DNA of 64,000 nt from an uncultured delta proteobacterium (lineage in GTDB: Bacteria; Myxococcota; UBA727; VGSZ01), in the NCBI GenBank assembly GCA_963775425.1, contig CAVZJB010000009.1, forward strand, positions 272,616 through 336,615. The letters run 5' to 3'. The position numbers and the translations under genes are program-made. Shown here piece by piece: positions 9,320 to 21,154 of the stretch (positions within the stretch are counted from its first letter, which is position 1; every line of letters starts with the position of its first letter). The notes beneath the pieces are model-generated. The model saw only the letters and a program-made list of their open reading frames with translations, was not told the DNA's origin and did no database searches.

Positions 9320-11155
9320 TCAGGACACGCTCCACAGGACCGAGTACCACTTGGGCATGTCGTCGAGCTTGAGCTCGAAGATGCCGTCGTTCTTCCCGTT
9401 GCCGCGCGGCTCGGACTCGCCCCAGGGGTTCCTGAGCTTCACCATCTTCACGCCGTTTTTCTCGTAGGCGTCGACGACGGTGTAGGTGTGGTCGCCGTAG
9501 ACGCCGGTGTTGGCGAACAGCGCCTCGTGGCCCGCGTCGTCCTTGGTGCCGAGGCACACCGGGAGCTTGTGCGCGAGCTTGTCCTTGATGATGCGGAAGC
9601 ACGCGTCCTTGTTGCGCGCCGAGAAGTCCTTCTCGAGCGCCGGCCGGCCGAGGACCGCTTCGAAGAGGTCGGCGGAGCTGCCGCCGTCGCCGATGTCGTT
9701 GTAATCGCCGTTGAGCTGCGCCCACGCTTTCTCGAAGAGCGGGAACCACAGCTCCATCTTGTCGCGCGCGGTGGAGTTGGCCGACGAGCCGTACAGCGGG
9801 CCGCCCCAGGAGCGCGTGTAGAGGTCGGCGTCGACGGCCTCAAGGTGCTTCTTCGCGTACCCGTCGCGGTCACGCTTGAGCTCGACGACGTAGAACGTGC
9901 CGTTCGCCGGCAACGGCGGCTCGCCGCGCTTCTTCCTGTCCGCGTTCACGGTCTTCCGGTCGGCGTCGGTGGCCACGCGGATGATCTGCGTGAGCAGGTC
10001 GGGGCGCACGAGCGCGAGCGCCGCCGCCCCCGCCGGCGTGTAGCAGTCGCCGAGGTTGCCCTGCACCACGTCTTCCATGGCGGCGCCGTCCTTGAACAGC
10101 GGCCCCGTGTAGTTCTTGAGGTCGTAGCGCGAGCTGCCGTCGGGCTTGCGATCGTCCTTGTGCGGCTTGGGATCTTCGATCTCCACGGGAGCGCCCGTCG
10201 CGCCGCCCGCGCCGAGCACCGCCGAGGTGCCGGCGATCTCCTTGAAGTCCGTGTTGTTGCGGCCGTCGGTGGCCGCCACCTGGAACGTGTCGCCGGGCTT
10301 GCCGTTCAGCTTGGGGACGCCGGGGAAGCGCCCGGTGTCGTCCATGGTGATGTCGGTCTTTTCGCCGGTGCGCTCATTTTCGAAGCGCAGCACCGCGTAG
10401 GGCTCCGAGATCGGGCGGGAGTTGTTGTTGTTGGCGACGGCGATCTTGCCGCGTCCGGCGTCGGACAGCTCGATGCGCATGAGCGCCACTTCGGCGCCGC
10501 GCTTGTCGGCGCCGAGCTGGTCGGCGCGGATCACCATCCAGGCCGAGGCGTTGCCGTGCGCGTCCCGGGTGCGCACGCGCAGCCAGTCGCCGCCCTTCAG
10601 GTCGGTGGTGCCGGTGAGCCGGCCGGTGGCGTCGGTCTTTCCGAGGACGAAGGTGTCGTCGTCGTGAAGGCGCATCGCGGGGATGGCCGAGAGGTTCAGC
10701 GCCTCCACCGTCACGTTCGGCCCGGCGCTCCCTTCGATCTTCACCTTGCCGCGCACGAGCCTCATGTCGGTGATGTTGACGGGGCCGCTTTGCGGGTTCA
10801 CCGGCGCGCGGCCGACGAGCTGCTCGAGGAAGCGCTGCGCGTCGTCGGCGAGGGGGACGGCGCCGCCGTCGAGGATGGCCTCGACGTCCTTCTTCTCACG
10901 CTTGCTCAAGCCCTCGCGCACGATGGACATGAGCTCCTGCTTGGACACCGCGTTGTCGAGCTGGTCCCGCGCGCTCGTCATCGCGAGGCCGCTGCGGTCG
11001 GCGATGTCGGCGAGGAGGGCCTTCAGATCGTCGAGGCCGGCCTTCTTCGAGCCCGTGAAGGCGCGCGCGAGCTTGTCGACCTCGGCGCGGATGGAGCGGT
11101 CGCGGATGGTGACGGGCATCGGGACTCCCGGACGAGATGCCCCGTTATCGGTCAC
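9320..11155 (-). CDS. calpain-like cysteine protease (peptidase family C2) with unknown N-terminal domain
   Basis: Catalytic-triad motifs: Cys in VQGNLGDCY, His in GDHTYTVVDAY, Asn in KLRNPWGESE. No signal peptide. 4-nt overlap with the upstream gene. Confidence 0.8.
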   Translation of the reverse strand: MTDNGASRPGVPMPVTIRDRSIRAEVDKLARAFTGSKKAGLDDLKALLADIADRSGLAMTSARDQLDNAVSKQELMSIVREGLSKREKKDVEAILDGGAVPLADDAQRFLEQLVGRAPVNPQSGPVNITDMRLVRGKVKIEGSAGPNVTVEALNLSAIPAMRLHDDDTFVLGKTDATGRLTGTTDLKGGDWLRVRTRDAHGNASAWMVIRADQLGADKRGAEVALMRIELSDAGRGKIAVANNNNSRPISEPYAVLRFENERTGEKTDITMDDTGRFPGVPKLNGKPGDTFQVAATDGRNNTDFKEIAGTSAVLGAGGATGAPVEIEDPKPHKDDRKPDGSSRYDLKNYTGPLFKDGAAMEDVVQGNLGDCYTPAGAAALALVRPDLLTQIIRVATDADRKTVNADRKKRGEPPLPANGTFYVVELKRDRDGYAKKHLEAVDADLYTRSWGGPLYGSSANSTARDKMELWFPLFEKAWAQLNGDYNDIGDGGSSADLFEAVLGRPALEKDFSARNKDACFRIIKDKLAHKLPVCLGTKDDAGHEALFANTGVYGDHTYTVVDAYEKNGVKMVKLRNPWGESEPRGNGKNDGIFELKLDDMPKWYSVLWSVS

Positions 11156-12372
11156 ATGTGGGATACGGTGCTACATCCCCGCGCGGCCCGCGCCGCGGGG
11201 AGCACCTTGGCGCCAACCGCGCGGATCTCCGCGACTTCCGCGCTGTGACCGGCCTCCCACGCCAGGAAGCGGGTGCGGATCGCGGCGGCGCGATCGGGGC
11301 CGGCGACCCAGGCCGCGGCGGCGGCGTCGCCGCGCAGGAGCGCATCGAGCACGCGCTCCCCGAGCAGCGCCTTGGCGTGAGACGACTCCCACCACGAGCC
11401 TGCGTCGGGCGCCTCGTCGAAGGCGAGGCCCTGGAAGTCGAGCAGCACGACGTCGAGGCCCTCGCGGCGCTCTTTGTCGACGATGCGCTCGATGGTGGCC
11501 TTCCACCGATCCTGCGCGTCGAGCAGCCCGGCCTGCTCGATGACCTCGAGGTGACGCGCGTGCACCGGCGAGAAGTAGAGGCGCACGCGGGTGTGTCCGC
11601 GCCGCGCGAGCTCGAGCAGGCGCGCGAGGTCGCGGAGCCCGCGCGTGTCCTCGACGGGCTCGCCGTGGATGGCGAGCGGGTTCGCGCAGGAGTAGTTGCC
11701 GAAGTAGTCCTTCTCCGACGCGCGGAAGTACGCGAGCGGGCCGCCGGCGCGCGCGCGATCGCGCTCCTGGAAGCGCGGGTCGCGTTGGCCGAGCTGCGTG
11801 AAGTAGCTCGGGTCGTGGCGGCGCCGGAGGGTGGACAGCGACGAGCGCAGCGCGTCTTCGGACAGGACGGTGGAGCCGAAGTCGCTCCAGGCGGACCAGC
11901 GCTGCGGCGCGCCGCTGCTGTCCACGGCGTAGCGGGCCTCGTCGAGCGTGGCGGGGATCTTGGCGGCGGCGTCGAACGCCAGGAGATCGAGGCCGACGAC
12001 GATGAGCTTCTGCGGGACGAGGGCGTTCGCGTGTTGGTACAGGCGCACCCAGTCGTAGGGCTGCGAGCCGTTGACGGCGGCGTTCACCACGTGGAGGCCG
12101 CCGAACGCGGGGCTCTGTGGATCGAGCATCACCTGCGCGCGCGACGTCCCGAGGATGATCCCCTCGGGCTTCTCGCTGCGCACCAGGTGGACCTTGAAGA
12201 GGCGATCGTGTCCCTCCTGCGCCGGGCGGTTGGGGAGCCAGGGCGTGTGAACGATGCGCAGGACGTCGTAGGGATCGATGACGACGTTGATGCCGGCGAC
12301 GACGCCGACGCCGAAGAGCAGCAGCGCGACGAACGCGAGCAGGAAGCGCTCCGGCTGGTGCAGGCGAATCAC
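11152..12372 (-). CDS. membrane-anchored hypothetical protein (N-terminal TM, large extracytoplasmic/cytoplasmic domain)
   Basis: MIRLHQPERFLLAFVALLLFGVGVVAG TM anchor. High GC3. ATGA overlap with the calpain-like gene. Confidence 0.6.
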   Translation of the reverse strand: MIRLHQPERFLLAFVALLLFGVGVVAGINVVIDPYDVLRIVHTPWLPNRPAQEGHDRLFKVHLVRSEKPEGIILGTSRAQVMLDPQSPAFGGLHVVNAAVNGSQPYDWVRLYQHANALVPQKLIVVGLDLLAFDAAAKIPATLDEARYAVDSSGAPQRWSAWSDFGSTVLSEDALRSSLSTLRRRHDPSYFTQLGQRDPRFQERDRARAGGPLAYFRASEKDYFGNYSCANPLAIHGEPVEDTRGLRDLARLLELARRGHTRVRLYFSPVHARHLEVIEQAGLLDAQDRWKATIERIVDKERREGLDVVLLDFQGLAFDEAPDAGSWWESSHAKALLGERVLDALLRGDAAAAAWVAGPDRAAAIRTRFLAWEAGHSAEVAEIRAVGAKVLPAARAARGCSTVSHM

Positions 12373-12635
12373 GCGGCCAGCGTAGCCCGCCTCCGCCGCG
12401 GACGACGAGCGCTTCCGGCACGGGATCGTCTCGAGTCACGACGTCTGTGCGCGCCCACGCGAGCGCGCCGGCGTCCGCACCGCGCGCGCCATGTTCGTGC
12501 CGTGACCGTGCGAGGGCACCTGGCCCCGTTCGCCGCGCTGCTCCTGTGCGGCTGCCCGCTCGACGTGTCCCTGCAGGGGAAGCCGTGCGACGCCGGCCAC
12601 GCCTGCGCCGGCGGCTTCCGCCTGGCGCCGTAGGG

Positions 12636-14304
<1,669 letters not shown>

Positions 14305-14482
14305 GGCGGCGCTTTTACTGCGATTCGCACGGCGTGACGACCGGCTGCTGCGGCGCCGGCGCGCGAGGCATGAGCGAGAAGGCGCTGTGCGAAATCGCCG
14401 GCTGTCTCACGACGATGAGGTGGGTTTCTGCGTGCTACTGCCGAGATGAACGACCGCGCGCATCGCGCGCCACGAGGATTCG

Positions 14483-15691
<1,209 letters not shown>

Positions 15692-15839
15692 AAGGCTGAC
15701 GAAAAGCAAGGCTCGTAGCAGCACTCGGCGAAGCCGCCCACAAGGTGGCTCGCCGCGCGGAGTACGTGGCGAGGCACGTCGGCGCGCAAGAACCGCTTCG
15801 CGCCGCTTGTGTCACGCGCCTTCGCGGCGCGGGCCGCGT

Positions 15840-16171
15840 GCGCCGCATCGGAGATCTCCGGATTGTCGGCATCGGCGAGCACCGCGAGGACATCGGTGAG
15901 GAGCTTGTCGAACGCGGCGCGGTGATCGACGCGGAACCTGGCGAGGACGTCATGACTCGGGCGCAGATCGCCGACGATAAAACGGAAGGCGTCGTCGTTC
16001 GTCGTCAGCCGCGCGATCTCCCGGCCGCTCCCGATCCCTTGGCCTATCGCGTACAGCCACAGCGTCAGGAGCATCCGCGGGCTCGTCATCGGGCGCCCAC
16101 GTGAACCCGTCGAGGTCGAGCACACGGTCGATCAGGCGAGCCGGGTGCTCGGGGCCGATGAGGTCGTCCAC
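15840..16171 (-). mobile_element. IS5/IS1182-family transposase N-terminal remnant (frameshifted, DDE domain missing)
   Basis: Two overlapping frames read LIGPEHPARLIDRVLDLDGF and PRMLLTLWLYAIGQGIGSGREIARLTTNDDAFRFIVGDLRPSHDVLARFR, matching the InsH-type N-terminal region. No catalytic domain follows. Confidence 0.6.
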
Positions 16172-16413
16172 GGCCTGGGTCTTCAGCTTGGGCGCTCGGA
16201 ATCAGCGAAGGCGAGACAACGTCGCCACCGCCGGAGCTCCTTTCCGCTCCGCCGTGTGGCCGTAGCACCGGCCCCTTCCGGGTGGCTCGGATCAACACGT
16301 TACGCGTCAGCCCTGAGCCGAGCGGCGCTACGACATCCGGTGCGCCCGGATCGACCGGCGGTCCACGGCGGGGTGAGACGCCAGGCTTGCGTTGTTCCGC
16401 AACGGGAGCTCGC

Positions 16414-17763
16414 ATGCGCACGCGCGTCGTCGCAGTCGTCTTCGCCACCGTCGTCGTCGCCGGTGTCACGCTCGGCGCCACCGATCCGCCGCCGACGCGG
16501 ATCGCGCCGCACGGCGCGCAGGTCATGGCCGATCAGATCGCGGCGTTCGACGCGCTGAAGACCGACGTCACGGGCGAGGTGATCCCCACCGACCGGGCCT
16601 ACTGGAACACGCTCGTCCCCGAGGACAACGCCGCCACGCCCGCGCGCATCGCCCTCGGCAAGAAGCTCTACTTCGACCCGCGGCTGTCGCGCGACGGCAC
16701 CGTCGCGTGCGCGACCTGCCACGACGTCAGCCGCGGCTTCACCGACCGGCGCCCCGCGTCCGAGGGCATCGGCGGGCGCATCGGACGCAGAAACGCGCCC
16801 ACCACGTTGAACGCGGCGTTCTTCTCGTCGCAGTTCTGGGACGGGCGCGCCAAGACCCTGGAGGACCAGGCGAGGCTGCCGCCGCTGAACCCCGTCGAGA
16901 TGGGACAGCCCAACGGGGACGCGGTCGTCGCCGTGCTCACAGCGGACGCCGACTACCCGCGGCTGTTCCACGAGGCCTACGGACACCCGCCCAACTACGA
17001 AGACTTCGGCCGCGCCATCGGCGCCTTCGAAAGGACGCTCATCTTCCTCGACGCGCCCTTCGACCGCTTCATGAACGGACAGGTGGACGCCATCGACGAC
17101 GACGCCAAGGCCGGCATGGTGCTCTTCTTCGGCAAGGCGCGCTGCGCCTCGTGCCACACCCTGAGCGCCGTGAACCCCGTCGGCACCGACAACCGCTTCC
17201 ACAACATCGGCGTCAGCGCGCGGCACCAGGACTTCGAGAAGCTCGCGCGGCAGGCGGTGGCGGCGCTCGACAAGACGGGCGGCGGGGACCGCGCCGTCGA
17301 CGAGCTCGCGCTCTCCAGCGATCTCGCCGAGCTCGGCCGCTTCGTCGTCACCAAGCACCGAAGCGACATCGGGGCGTTCAAGACGGAGCAGTTGCGCAAC
17401 GTCGGGCTCACGCCGCCGTACATGCACGACGGCTCCATGCAGACGCTCTGGGACGTCGTCGACCACTACAACAAGGGCGGCGAGGCGAACCCGTACCTCG
17501 ACGGCGGCATCGAGCCCCTCGACCTGAGCGAGCAGGAGGTGAACCAGCTCGTCGCCTTCATGTTCACGCTCACCGACGCGCGCTTCGCCGATGACAACCG
17601 CACGCAATTCAATGAGCAGCGGGCGAAGGCGCAGAAGTCGCGCCCGTTCCGCGACGACGAGCTCGCGCACAGGACAGTGCTGCCGTTTCAGCAACGCCTG
17701 GCACGCGAGGACCGCGCGGCGGGCTCCGTCGACGGCGGGACGCGAGGGAAGGGGGCGCCATGA
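16414..17763 (+). CDS. ccpA: di-haem cytochrome c peroxidase (CcpA/MauG family)
   Basis: Signal peptide MRTRVVAVVFATVVVAG. Two CxxCH motifs (CATCHD, CASCHT). GGGAG about 7 nt upstream of the ATG. The low-GC3 upstream part of the ORF is rejected. Confidence 0.85.
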   Translation: MRTRVVAVVFATVVVAGVTLGATDPPPTRIAPHGAQVMADQIAAFDALKTDVTGEVIPTDRAYWNTLVPEDNAATPARIALGKKLYFDPRLSRDGTVACATCHDVSRGFTDRRPASEGIGGRIGRRNAPTTLNAAFFSSQFWDGRAKTLEDQARLPPLNPVEMGQPNGDAVVAVLTADADYPRLFHEAYGHPPNYEDFGRAIGAFERTLIFLDAPFDRFMNGQVDAIDDDAKAGMVLFFGKARCASCHTLSAVNPVGTDNRFHNIGVSARHQDFEKLARQAVAALDKTGGGDRAVDELALSSDLAELGRFVVTKHRSDIGAFKTEQLRNVGLTPPYMHDGSMQTLWDVVDHYNKGGEANPYLDGGIEPLDLSEQEVNQLVAFMFTLTDARFADDNRTQFNEQRAKAQKSRPFRDDELAHRTVLPFQQRLAREDRAAGSVDGGTRGKGAP

Positions 17764-18872
17764 AGGGCTGGAAGAGCGTTGAGACCAGGTACCTCGAGAA
17801 GCGCGAGCGCGCGTTGCGCGCGCTGGCCGGCCTAAACCGCCGCGGCTTCCTCAAAGCGTCGGCCGCGGCGGCCGCGGCGGCGGCGGGGCTCGTGTACCCG
17901 CGCAGCTTCCAGCCCATCGCCATCGCGCGCGCCGCGGAGCTCGACGGTGCGCCCTTCCGAATCGCGTACATCTCGGACTCGCACCTGTACGAGACCAGCC
18001 TCAACCCGCGCTTCGTCAACGCCATCATGCGCGCCGTCGACGACGTCAACGCGCTCGATCCGCAGCCGGACTTCGTCATCTTCGGCGGCGACCTGGCGCA
18101 GCTCGGCCAGGCCAAAGAGCTCGAGCTGGGCGCGCAGATCTTGAAGGAGCTGAAGGCGCCGCTGCACGTCATGGTGGGCGAGCACGACTGGTACTTCGAC
18201 CTGGGCGAGAAGTGGCGCGACCTGTTCGGCGAGCCCACCTACTCGTTCGACCACCGCGGCGTGCACTTCGTGGTGCTCAACAGCGTCATCGAGGACGACT
18301 TCTGGACCGCGCGCAAGCTCACGCCCATGGAGCGGATGCGCACCGTGGCCGGGCTCGACGACAAGATCCAGTCGCGTTTCCAGGTCGGCGCGAAGCAACG
18401 CGCGTGGCTCGAGAAGGACCTGGCCCACCTGCCGGCGTCGACGCCGCTCGTCGTCTTCTCGCATTCGCCGCTCTACAAGCTCTACCGCCCCTGGAACTTC
18501 TGGACGGAGGACGCCGAAGAGGTGCAGGCGCTCCTCAAGCGCTTCTCGCACGTGAGCGTCATCCACGGGCACACGCACCAACTTCTCTTGAATCACGTCG
18601 ACAACATCAACTTCTACGGGATGCTGTCGACGGCGTGGCCCTGGCCGTACGCGCCCGAGGGGCTGCCGCCGCTCACCGTGCAGATGGGCCGCGCCGATCC
18701 ATTCGATCCGCAGGACGGCTGCGGCGACGGCACGTTCTCCCTGTCCGACGACGGCGTGGTCGAGAGCATCTACGACCTCTGGAATCGGAACCCGATCACC
18801 GTGCGCGCGAGCTACCTGTCGTCGAACGGCAAGGTCGACGTCCCGCCCGCGCCTGCTCTCGTCAGCTACTGA
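17760..18872 (+). CDS. Tat-exported calcineurin-like metallophosphoesterase
   Basis: Twin-arginine motif NRRGFLKASAAAAAAAAG. Phosphoesterase motifs DSHL, GGDL, GEHD, GHTH. ATGA overlap with ccpA. Confidence 0.8.
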   Translation: MKGWKSVETRYLEKRERALRALAGLNRRGFLKASAAAAAAAAGLVYPRSFQPIAIARAAELDGAPFRIAYISDSHLYETSLNPRFVNAIMRAVDDVNALDPQPDFVIFGGDLAQLGQAKELELGAQILKELKAPLHVMVGEHDWYFDLGEKWRDLFGEPTYSFDHRGVHFVVLNSVIEDDFWTARKLTPMERMRTVAGLDDKIQSRFQVGAKQRAWLEKDLAHLPASTPLVVFSHSPLYKLYRPWNFWTEDAEEVQALLKRFSHVSVIHGHTHQLLLNHVDNINFYGMLSTAWPWPYAPEGLPPLTVQMGRADPFDPQDGCGDGTFSLSDDGVVESIYDLWNRNPITVRASYLSSNGKVDVPPAPALVSY

Positions 18873-18897
18873 ACGTCGCGCCGCGCAGGGGGTCTTC

Positions 18898-19557
18898 ATG
18901 TCGCGTCAGCGTCTCTTCATCGTCACCGCGCTCGCCGGCGCCGTCTCCGTCTGCGCCACGCTCGCGGGTTGCCGCGCGCCCCCGCCGCCGCCGCCGGCCG
19001 GCAAGGAGGGCGTCGAGGTGCTCCTGTGCGACGGAAAGACGAAGACCGTGATGCCCACGGGTACGCCCGGCACGGCCATCGCGGGCGCGCTGATGAGCCA
19101 GTGGCTGCGCAATAACCCCACGAAGGACTGGGACGTGGCGGAGGCCGACGCGCACACCCTCGTGCCCGCGTACGACAACGCGTCGCTCGTCGGCGATCCG
19201 CAGGGCGCGACGTACGGCGGCGTCACCAAGGACGACGTCGCCCTGTGGAAGAGCGAGAGCGAACGCTTCGCGCGCGCCGGCTCACGCGTGTTCCACAGCG
19301 CCGATGAGCTCGGCAGCACCATCGGCGTCTCCTGCGACATGTGTCACCCGAACGGATCGAACACGCACCCGGAGACCTTCCCGAAGTACGAGCCGCAGGT
19401 CGGCCGCGTCACCCTGCTGCGCGACATGATCAACTGGTGCATCGAGCACCCGGTGAAGGGCAAGGCGCTCGCGGGCGACGACCCGCGCATGCGCGCCCTC
19501 GAGGCGTACATCCTCGCGCAGCGCTCCGGCGTGCCGCTCGCCTACGGCAAGCGCTGA
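18898..19557 (+). CDS. c-type cytochrome lipoprotein (single CxxCH)
   Basis: Lipobox TLAGC, poly-Pro linker, haem motif VSCDMCHPNG. Confidence 0.7.
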   Translation: MSRQRLFIVTALAGAVSVCATLAGCRAPPPPPPAGKEGVEVLLCDGKTKTVMPTGTPGTAIAGALMSQWLRNNPTKDWDVAEADAHTLVPAYDNASLVGDPQGATYGGVTKDDVALWKSESERFARAGSRVFHSADELGSTIGVSCDMCHPNGSNTHPETFPKYEPQVGRVTLLRDMINWCIEHPVKGKALAGDDPRMRALEAYILAQRSGVPLAYGKR

Positions 19558-19598
19558 TCGCGCCGCGCGGTCGCGGCGCTCGTCGGCGCCGCGCGTCT

Positions 19599-20090
19599 TC
19601 AGTTGAGGTCGATGTCGGGGACGGGGATCTTGGCGAACGGCACGCCCTCGTCGACGAGGCGCTGCTCTTCCTCGGCGGTGGACGTGCCGTGGATGGGCCG
19701 CGCCTCCTCCTCGCCGTGGTGGATGGCCAAGGCGCGGCTGGCGAACGTGTCGCCGACGTCCTCGGCGTGGGTCCGCACGGCGCGGAGCAGGCGGGAGAGC
19801 GCGCGCTGCACCTCCAGCGGCATCGTCGCGTCGGGCACCGGCCGCTGCGCGTCGGGCGCCGGCCGCGGCGCGTCGGGGGCCGGCGCGGGGGTCTTGTCCG
19901 GCGCCGTCGAGCCCCGCGTGGCGATGCCGCGGAAGCTCGGGCGCTGCGCGACGTCGCCGCTGCCACACGTGGGGCAACAGAGCTCACCGCCGTCGCGCGC
20001 GCCTTCGAAGGCGGCGGCGTTGTCGTACCACCCCTCGTAGAGGTGTCCGGCGGCGCAGGCGAGGTCCACGACGAACATCGGTACGAGCAT
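19599..20090 (-). CDS. DUF1178-like zinc-ribbon protein
   Basis: MFVVDLACAAGHLYEGWYDN...LCCPTCGS arrangement typical of DUF1178. Confidence 0.55.
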   Translation of the reverse strand: MLVPMFVVDLACAAGHLYEGWYDNAAAFEGARDGGELCCPTCGSGDVAQRPSFRGIATRGSTAPDKTPAPAPDAPRPAPDAQRPVPDATMPLEVQRALSRLLRAVRTHAEDVGDTFASRALAIHHGEEEARPIHGTSTAEEEQRLVDEGVPFAKIPVPDIDLN

Positions 20091-20124
20091 ACGGTTCGCG
20101 ACCCCGGCGCGACCACCGGGGGCG

Positions 20125-21036
20125 TCACAGCATGCGGCGCCACAGCACGTTGCCGGCGTGCACGTCGACGGCGAGGACCCCCGCGCCCGCCGCCTCGCGC
20201 GCGACGACGAGGATCAGGCTGTCGCCCTCGAGGTGCGCGGCGGCGAGCGCCGCGCCCGGCAGGTCGGGTGCCAGGACCACGTCCCACAGCCGCGCGCCGT
20301 CGGCGGTGCGCACGCCGGCCACGGCCTGCTGCGAGGCGTGGCCCTTGCGGTCCATCTTGTCGTCGTGCCGGAAGAACGCGATGGCGCCGTCGTCCGCCGT
20401 GAGCTGCGCGCTGCTCGCGGCGTCGCCGACGACCTTGGCGTGGATGTACTCCTCGTCGCCGTAGGGCTTCTCCTCGCCCCCGGGCCCGCGCAACAGCCGC
20501 GCGCGCGCCTCGTGACCGGGCTCCACGAGCTCGCCGCCGGGCATCTCGAGGGAGTCGCGGTCAAAGCGCGGCGGCGCCCGGGTCACCCGCACCGCCGACG
20601 TCCGCACCTGCTCGGCGCGTCCGGTGCCGTCCACGCGCCAAGAGGTGCCGCCGGTGGTGGCGTAGTACGCGGCGCCGGTGTCGTCGTCGACGATCGGCGC
20701 GTGGTCCATGAGGTCCTCGAGGTGCACGCCGCGCTGCGCGAGGGTGTCGTCGTCGACGGCGACGGCGCGGGTGGCCGTGGAGAGCGCGTACACCGCGTCC
20801 TTGCGATCCTTGCACCACACGAGCCCGCGCGCCGGGCGGCTGCACTTGAGCGCCGCGGGGATGACGACGGCCACAGGCGCGCTTCGCCCGTCGAGCGGCA
20901 CGAACGATACGCGCGTGGCGTTGCGGCCGGAGCGGCCGAAAGGCTGGTCGCCGGAGCGAACGTGCTCGACGACCGTCGCGAGCGGCGGGTCCTCGGTGAA
21001 CCAGACCGCCTGGACGCGTCCGTGCAGGTGGAACAC
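20125..21036 (-). CDS. hypothetical protein (start unresolved; frame stays open upstream through a TM-like segment)
   Basis: High GC3. The upstream in-frame sequence reads GGPALLLLGIVAAAAWNFAPFGW with no ATG/GTG/TTG, so the true start may be a non-canonical codon or hidden by a sequence error. Confidence 0.45.
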   Translation of the reverse strand: MFHLHGRVQAVWFTEDPPLATVVEHVRSGDQPFGRSGRNATRVSFVPLDGRSAPVAVVIPAALKCSRPARGLVWCKDRKDAVYALSTATRAVAVDDDTLAQRGVHLEDLMDHAPIVDDDTGAAYYATTGGTSWRVDGTGRAEQVRTSAVRVTRAPPRFDRDSLEMPGGELVEPGHEARARLLRGPGGEEKPYGDEEYIHAKVVGDAASSAQLTADDGAIAFFRHDDKMDRKGHASQQAVAGVRTADGARLWDVVLAPDLPGAALAAAHLEGDSLILVVAREAAGAGVLAVDVHAGNVLWRRML

Positions 21037-21154
21037 GCGCGTCTCCCAGCCGAACGGCGCGAAGTTCCACGCGGCGGCGGCGACGATGCCGAGCAGCAGC
21101 AGCGCCGGACCGCCAATCGCAGCTTGTCGGCGAGATCCCCGCGTCCCGCGTTGC

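Noticed and set aside
9092-12633. Long + strand ORFs 9092..11248 and 11137..12633
   Set aside because: Antisense to the calpain-like gene and its membrane partner. Low-complexity V/G/A/R composition.
16282-16413. N-terminal 44 codons of ORF 16282..17763
   Set aside because: Low GC3 and no hydrophobic signal. The true CcpA start is the SD-preceded ATG at 16414 (MRTRVVAVVF signal peptide).
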